Assembly (NCBI GenBank): GCA_022561455.1 | Contig: JADFRC010000001.1 | Coordinates: 1-48,984 of the forward strand | Length of the DNA stretch: 48,984 bases | Origin: Chloroflexota bacterium | GTDB taxonomy: Bacteria; Chloroflexota; Dehalococcoidia; Lucifugimonadales; Australimonadaceae | Direction: 5' to 3' | Position numbers and translations under genes: made by a program | The notes under the pieces: generated by a model | Told to the model about the DNA's origin: nothing | Databases searched by the model: none | Seen by the model: the letters and a program-made list of their open reading frames with translations, nothing else | In this document: one piece after another, positions 44,161 to 48,984 of the stretch | How the letters are laid out: every line of letters starts with the position of its first letter | Numbering within the stretch: the first letter of the stretch is position 1

Positions 44161-45963
44161 CTACCGCTGTGCAGACTCGATCCGAAAGACCTGGACGCGG
44201 TGGTTGTTCGTGTCGCTCACGTACGCGTTGCCAGACCCATCGAGCGCGATCGCGGTGGGGAACTGGAACCGGCCGGGCCCCGTCCCCTCGCTGCCCCACG
44301 CAGCCAGGAACCCCCCACGGCTGTCGAAGACCTGCACCCGGTTGTTGCCGGCGTCGGCCACGTAGACCCTGCCCGCGCCGTCCACCGCGATGCCCGCAGG
44401 GGAGGAGAACTGGCCTTCGGCGCTCCCCTCGGACCCCCAGCTCCTGAGGAACTCGCCAGCGGAGCTGAACACCTGTATCCGGTGGTTCCCGCCGTCGGCC
44501 ACGTAGATATCGCCGTTGCTATCCGATGCGATCGCGGAGGGGCGCACGAGCTCCCCGCGTTCATCGCCCCGTCTGCCCCACTCGGCCAGCGGCTCGCCGC
44601 CGGGGCCGAACACCTGTATCCGGTGGTTCCCGCCGTCGGCCACGTAGACATTCCCGATGGCGTCCACCATCACGCCGTTCGGGATCTCGAGCTGCCCGGC
44701 CCCAGCGCCTTCGGTACCCCACTCCGCCACGCGCTCCCCGCTCGGCGCGAAGACCTGCACGCGGTGGTTGCCCGTATCGGCCACGTAGACGTCCCCAGAG
44801 CTATCCACGGCGACGCCCCGGGGCCACCGGAGGTTCGAGGTCTCCCAAGCAGCCAGCAGCTCGCCCGCCGGAGTACGCACCTGCACCCGGTGATTTCCGG
44901 CGTCTGCGACATAGACGTTCCCATCACCGCCAACGGCTACCCCGCGGGGCCAGAGGAAGCCATCTTCGCTCGGTTGCCCGCCCCAGGTTGCCAAGACCGC
45001 CCCACTGGGATCGAACGCGATGACCCGATTTTCGAGATCGGTGACATACACCTGACCACGCCCATCGACTGCGACTCCCGCCGGGTCACGCAGCTCCGAT
45101 CCCCAGCTCGCGATCGGATTCCCTGTTTGATCGTAGATCCGCACCCGGCCGCCGTCTGCATCGGTGACGTAGACCCTCCCTGAGTCATCGACCGCTATCG
45201 CTCGGGGGTCGAGCGTCCCCTCCAGCGCCGTCTTCAAGTCCCACGCCCGCAAGAAAAGACCACCGCTGCTGAAGACGTGCACGCGCTCCGCCGTCAGCTC
45301 CAGCACGTACAGCTTGCCGTCCATGCCCAGCGCTATGCCGCCGGGGGTACGGACATGGCCGCTTTCGCCCGGAGGACCCAGGATGGAGAGGAATTCACCG
45401 CGATCGCTGAACACCGAGACCCGCCTGTTGCGGGCGTCTACGACGTAGACCCTGCCGAAGCGGTCGGCCACGATATCCGATGGTGCCTCGAGCTGGCCCT
45501 CACCGTCTCCTCGCTCGCTCCACGTGGCGACCAGATCGCCGCTGGGCTCGAATACCTGGATCCGGTGGTTGCCGGTATCCGCGACGTACACGTTCCCGAG
45601 GAGCCCAACCGCGATCCCCATCGGGTGATCGAAATCTCCGTCGCTACGACCGAGGCCCCCCCACTGCCGGAGCACCTCGCCGTCCGGGGAAAAGACCTGC
45701 ACCCGGTGATTGAGCGTATCGGCGACGTAAACGTTGCCGGCGCCGTCGAGGGCGACGCCGGATGGACCATTCACCTGGCCCGGCGCGGCAGCGCCGCCCC
45801 AGGCCTGGAGGAAGCTGACGGTCAGGGTCTCCTTCTCGTCTTGGGCGCAGGCCCCGAGCAGCCAGACTGCCGCGGCACACAGGAGGAACGCTCGGCCGAG
45901 ACTCACCGGCAGGGACCACGGAGGAGTCAGTACTTCGCGCAACGGTGCTCCTCGCTGGTCCAT
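44161..45963 (-). CDS. NHL-repeat lipoprotein (12 blades, two six-bladed beta-propellers)
   Basis: Lipobox LLGAC after MDQRGAPL (ATG 45963; the track start is 45999). Twelve repeats of the type YVAD.GNHR[VI]QVF...G. Confidence 0.88.
   Translation of the reverse strand: MDQRGAPLREVLTPPWSLPVSLGRAFLLCAAAVWLLGACAQDEKETLTVSFLQAWGGAAAPGQVNGPSGVALDGAGNVYVADTLNHRVQVFSPDGEVLRQWGGLGRSDGDFDHPMGIAVGLLGNVYVADTGNHRIQVFEPSGDLVATWSERGDGEGQLEAPSDIVADRFGRVYVVDARNRRVSVFSDRGEFLSILGPPGESGHVRTPGGIALGMDGKLYVLELTAERVHVFSSGGLFLRAWDLKTALEGTLDPRAIAVDDSGRVYVTDADGGRVRIYDQTGNPIASWGSELRDPAGVAVDGRGQVYVTDLENRVIAFDPSGAVLATWGGQPSEDGFLWPRGVAVGGDGNVYVADAGNHRVQVRTPAGELLAAWETSNLRWPRGVAVDSSGDVYVADTGNHRVQVFAPSGERVAEWGTEGAGAGQLEIPNGVMVDAIGNVYVADGGNHRIQVFGPGGEPLAEWGRRGDERGELVRPSAIASDSNGDIYVADGGNHRIQVFSSAGEFLRSWGSEGSAEGQFSSPAGIAVDGAGRVYVADAGNNRVQVFDSRGGFLAAWGSEGTGPGRFQFPTAIALDGSGNAYVSDTNNHRVQVFRIESAQR
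44467..44648 (-). repeat. Intragenic tandem duplication within the NHL gene (141-nt period)
   Basis: A 41-nt exact copy gaacacctgtatccggtggttcccgccgtcggccacgtaga at 44467-44507 and 44608-44648. The offset is 141 nt, or 47 codons, which is one NHL blade. Confidence 0.85.
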
Positions 45964-46176
45964 GCCGCACATCATTAGGGAGACACGGTACCATTGCAAT
46001 CAGAACATAAGTTCTTTTACGCTGCGCCTTCACCCGATGCCGCGGGGTGCTCCAGTGTTCGCTTGTGTGCTCATCGACCACCTGCCGGTCAAGGCAGAGG
46101 TCCACCGGGCGCCGTCCGCTCCCACGGATGACGTTCGAGTGCGCGGGGCACGATTCATGAGCGTAAGATTGGCCGC

Positions 46177-46398
46177 ATGGCGACGATTGAAGAGATCGAG
46201 CTGACGGTCCTCGACAAGGCGATCTTCTGAGCCGGCTGAGAGCACCGCATCGTGCGCGAGCTCGGCGGTCTGCCGGGCGTGGAGAAGGTGACAGCCGACC
46301 ACAAGACGCAGGTCGTGCGCCTCACGCTGGACGTCGAAAAGATGTCCCCTGACGAGGCAAGGAAGCAGCTGGAGCGCGCGGGTTTCCCTGCGCGCTGA
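46177..46398 (+). CDS. HMA/CopZ-like metallochaperone ORF with in-frame TGA at both positions of the CxxC motif (candidate UxxU selenoprotein, or pseudogene)
   Basis: A single frame reads MATIEEIELTVLDKAIF-TGA-AG-TGA-EHRIVRELGGLPGVEKVTADHKTQVVRLTLDVEKMSPDEARKQLERAGFPAR*. High GC3 is kept before and after the TGAs. The spacing from the second TGA to L.GV matches the HMA fold. It lies 15 nt upstream of copB. Confidence 0.5.
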
Positions 46399-46413
46399 AC
46401 CGTCGAGGCTCTC

Positions 46414-48456
46414 ATGGAGCACGCATCCCACGCCGCGCACCAGCCCGAGGCCGGCCAAGCCGGTCCCCAGCACTCCGCGGGCCACGGCTCCCATCACGCC
46501 CACATGGTGGCCGACTTCAGGCGGCGCTTCTGGGTGTCGCTTGTCCTGAGCGTCCCGATCCTCGCGCTGGCGCCGCTGATCCAGGAAACGTTGGGCGTCG
46601 CCGATGCCTGGGCGTTCGGGGGCGACCGCTTCATCCAGTGGGGCTTTTCGACGGGCGTGTACTTCTACGGTGGCTGGCCCTTCCTGACGGGCATCGTTAC
46701 CGAGCTGCGGGGCCGGGCCCCAGGCATGATGACGCTCATCGCCGTCGCCATCACGACGGCCTACGTCTACAGCAGCACCATCACCTTCGGCGTCTCCGGC
46801 GACGGCTTCTTCTGGGAGCTGGCCACGCTGATCGACGTCATGCTGCTCGGGCACTGGCTGGAGATGCGCTCGATCCTCGGTGCCTCGCGGGCGCTGGAGC
46901 TCCTTGCCAGCCTCATGCCCGCGGACGCGCACCGGCTGAGCGCGGACGGCACGACCTCAGACGTACCCGTCGCGGAGCTGCGGCCCGGCGACCGCGTGCT
47001 CGTGCGGCCCGGGGAGCGCGTGCCCACGGACGGCGTCGTGGCCGACGGCCGCTCGTCGGTCAACGAGGCCATGCTCACCGGCGAGAGCGCCCCCGTCGAG
47101 AAGAGGGAGGGCCTCCAGGTGATCGGAGGGTCCGTCAACGGCGAAGGGGCCCTCACGGTCGAGGTCCAGCGCACCGGCGAGGAAACGTACCTCGCTCAGG
47201 TCATCGAGCTGGTGCGCCAGGCACAGGAGACGCGCTCACGCACGCAGCGGCTGGCGGACCGCGCGGCGTTCTGGCTCACGATCGTCGGCATCACCGCCGG
47301 CGCCGCGACGCTGATCGGCTGGTTCGGCGCGTCCGCCACGGCCAATTTCGCGCTCCAGCGGGCGGTCACGGTGGTCATCATCACGTGCCCCCACGCGCTC
47401 GGCCTCGCCATCCCGCTCGCGGTCTCCGTCTCCACCTCGATCGCCGCGCGTCACGGTCTGCTCATCAGGGACCGCGCGGGCTTCGAGCGGGCCCGGTCGA
47501 TCGACGCGATCGTCTTCGACAAGACCGGCACGCTCACCGAGGGGCGCTTCGGCGTCACCGCGGTCGTCCCGCTCGACGGCCGGAGCGAGGACGACGTCCT
47601 GCGCTTGGCCGCCGGTATCGAGCGCTCCTCCGAGCACCCGATCGCCCGCGGCATCGTCGAAGCAGCTGAGGCTCGCGGGCTCGGCGGCGCGCGTGTCAGC
47701 GGCTTCGCCGCGATCCCAGGCCGGGGCGCGAGCGGCGTCGTCGACGGGCGGGACGCGAAGGTCGTCAGCCCCGGTTATCTGCGGGAGCAGGGGATCGCCG
47801 CCGACGCCGGCAAAGTCGGCGCTCTCGGCGGCACGGGCGACACCGTCGTCTATCTCCTGATCGAAGGCGCGCTTGCCGGGGCGATCGCTCTCGGCGACAT
47901 CGTCCGCGAGGAGTCGCGCACGGCGGTGAACGACCTGAAGGCCATGGGCATCCGCGTCATCATGCTCACCGGCGATGCCGAAGCCGTCGCACGCTCGGTG
48001 GCCGATGAGCTCGGGCTCGACGACTTCTTCGCCGAGGTCCTTCCGGGCGAGAAGGCCGCGAAGATCCGTCAGCTTAAACAGCGAGGTCTGACGGTAGCGA
48101 TGGTCGGAGACGGCGTGAACGACGCACCCGCGCTGACCGAGGCGGACGTCGGCATCGCGATCGGAGCGGGGACGGACGTGGCCATCGAGTCGGCCGACGT
48201 CGTGCTCGCCCGCTCGGACCCGCGCGACGTCGTCACCATCGTCCGGCTCGCCCAAGCGACGTATCGCAAGATGGTCCAGAACCTCTGGTGGGCGACGGCC
48301 TACAACCTGATCGCCATCCCCCTGGCTGCGGGAGCGCTCTACAGCTGGGGCTACGTCATGCCCCCCGCGGTGGGCGCCGCGCTGATGTCGGCGTCGACGG
48401 TGATCGTCGCGATCAACGCCCAGCTCCTCCGCCGGTTCGAGCGCACATTAGCCTGA
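46414..48456 (+). CDS. copB: Copper-transporting P1B-type ATPase, CopB-like (His-rich N-terminus, CPH motif)
   Basis: N-terminus [10 protein letters not shown]...HGSHHAHM with no HMA domain. TGES, TM6 [24 protein letters not shown] and [10 protein letters not shown]. Confidence 0.92.
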   Translation: MEHASHAAHQPEAGQAGPQHSAGHGSHHAHMVADFRRRFWVSLVLSVPILALAPLIQETLGVADAWAFGGDRFIQWGFSTGVYFYGGWPFLTGIVTELRGRAPGMMTLIAVAITTAYVYSSTITFGVSGDGFFWELATLIDVMLLGHWLEMRSILGASRALELLASLMPADAHRLSADGTTSDVPVAELRPGDRVLVRPGERVPTDGVVADGRSSVNEAMLTGESAPVEKREGLQVIGGSVNGEGALTVEVQRTGEETYLAQVIELVRQAQETRSRTQRLADRAAFWLTIVGITAGAATLIGWFGASATANFALQRAVTVVIITCPHALGLAIPLAVSVSTSIAARHGLLIRDRAGFERARSIDAIVFDKTGTLTEGRFGVTAVVPLDGRSEDDVLRLAAGIERSSEHPIARGIVEAAEARGLGGARVSGFAAIPGRGASGVVDGRDAKVVSPGYLREQGIAADAGKVGALGGTGDTVVYLLIEGALAGAIALGDIVREESRTAVNDLKAMGIRVIMLTGDAEAVARSVADELGLDDFFAEVLPGEKAAKIRQLKQRGLTVAMVGDGVNDAPALTEADVGIAIGAGTDVAIESADVVLARSDPRDVVTIVRLAQATYRKMVQNLWWATAYNLIAIPLAAGALYSWGYVMPPAVGAALMSASTVIVAINAQLLRRFERTLA

Positions 48457-48458
48457 GG

Positions 48459-48677
48459 TCAGTGGTGCTCGTGGGGGCCGCCGAGGTGCAGCAGCTCGTG
48501 GTAGAGGTCGTGGGCCTCCTTGGCCGTGTCCGTGACCGGGTCGAAGTGCGTGTGGAAGTCGGCGAACTCGAATGAGGGCTGCACGAATGCCTTGAACGCC
48601 GCCGTCGCCTTCTCCAGCTCCTCGACCTTGGCGATGAGCTCCTGCATCTTCCCGTCGAATAGAACGTTGGTCGTCAT
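48459..48677 (-). CDS. Small hypothetical protein with a His-rich C-terminus
   Basis: 72 aa, very high GC3, predicted helical, ends LYHELLHLGGPHEHH. Its stop is 2 nt from the copB stop (convergent). Confidence 0.6.
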   Translation of the reverse strand: MTTNVLFDGKMQELIAKVEELEKATAAFKAFVQPSFEFADFHTHFDPVTDTAKEAHDLYHELLHLGGPHEHH

Positions 48678-48970
48678 GCCGATCCCTCCTCGATCTCGTA
48701 ACGTGCGGTCCGCTCCGCGCTCTCGCGCCGGATCTTGAACTTGAGCCCCTCGTACTCGCCCTCGTTCTCCTCACGGAGCAGCTCGATGCCCTCGCAGATG
48801 GAGCCTGCGCCCGCGAGAAGCTCGTGCGACGTGCCGGACGCGTCGCGGACCGCGAGTGCGGCCGCGTACCCGCGGACGGTCACCACCACGTAGGGGTTCG
48901 CCTCGAGCGTCAGGTCTATCCATTCGGTACCGACCCGGAGCCTCGGGACGTCTTGGTTCAGCTCGCTCAT
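48674..48970 (-). CDS. Hypothetical protein
   Basis: High GC3. ATG 48970 is preceded by GAGAGGTG (the track begins at GTG 48976). Its stop overlaps the downstream small gene start (ATGA). No recognisable motif. Confidence 0.55.
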   Translation of the reverse strand: MSELNQDVPRLRVGTEWIDLTLEANPYVVVTVRGYAAALAVRDASGTSHELLAGAGSICEGIELLREENEGEYEGLKFKIRRESAERTARYEIEEGSA

Positions 48971-48984
48971 GCACACACCTCTCG

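Noticed and set aside
1-48984. Search by eye for CRISPR arrays, IS elements/transposases, integrases, prophage genes, toxin-antitoxin pairs and classical defence systems
   Set aside because: No regularly spaced direct repeats, no terminal inverted repeats flanking a transposase-like ORF, and no recombinase or nuclease motifs were recognised. The window looks like core or accessory metabolic chromosome rather than a mobile or defence island.

Overview
High-G+C bacterial chromosomal fragment, roughly two-thirds G+C by eye, with long antisense shadow ORFs over almost every real gene. Gene content (TIGR03086/DinB-like protein, many lipoproteins, Tat-type signal) fits an Actinomycetota- or Chloroflexota-like organism, but the taxon cannot be fixed from this sequence. 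I support about 45 genes. They are: TlpA-like thiol-disulfide oxidoreductase and Lgt; a loose set of aromatic/redox enzymes (DinB-like, amidohydrolase_2, aldo-keto reductase, bicupin, quinone oxidoreductase, LigB-type extradiol dioxygenase); two MFS transporters; a translationally coupled minus-strand string OppB-OppC-OppD-OppF-CPBP protease-alpha/beta hydrolase-PlsY; a very large family-5 substrate-binding lipoprotein co-transcribed with a membrane-anchored BNR/Asp-box protein; a PD40 beta-propeller lipoprotein; an AapJQMP-type amino-acid ABC operon; a MoxR/DUF58/transglutaminase module; a cupin; a three-gene SBP/fused-permease/ATPase ABC operon; a 12-blade NHL-repeat lipoprotein; and a CopB-type P1B ATPase. 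No rRNA, tRNA, CRISPR array, transposase or integrase was recognised. Three things stand out. (1) A minus-strand operon at 39553-43707 has an HprK-related kinase, a PqqD/RRE domain fused in one ORF to a twin-arginine signal-anchor and an 8-Cys tail, a PF14907-type nucleotidyltransferase and a Wzz/BY-kinase. It is preceded by a 31-codon uORF and a three-segment palindrome, and no known RiPP core enzyme is present. (2) An HMA/CopZ-like ORF at 46177-46398, invisible in the ORF track, has both cysteines of the CxxC metal site replaced by in-frame TGA. This makes it a candidate UxxU selenoprotein, or a very odd pseudogene, directly upstream of copB. (3) A possible tmRNA on the minus strand is truncated by the left edge of the window. 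All homology calls are motif recognition by eye; no database search was run.
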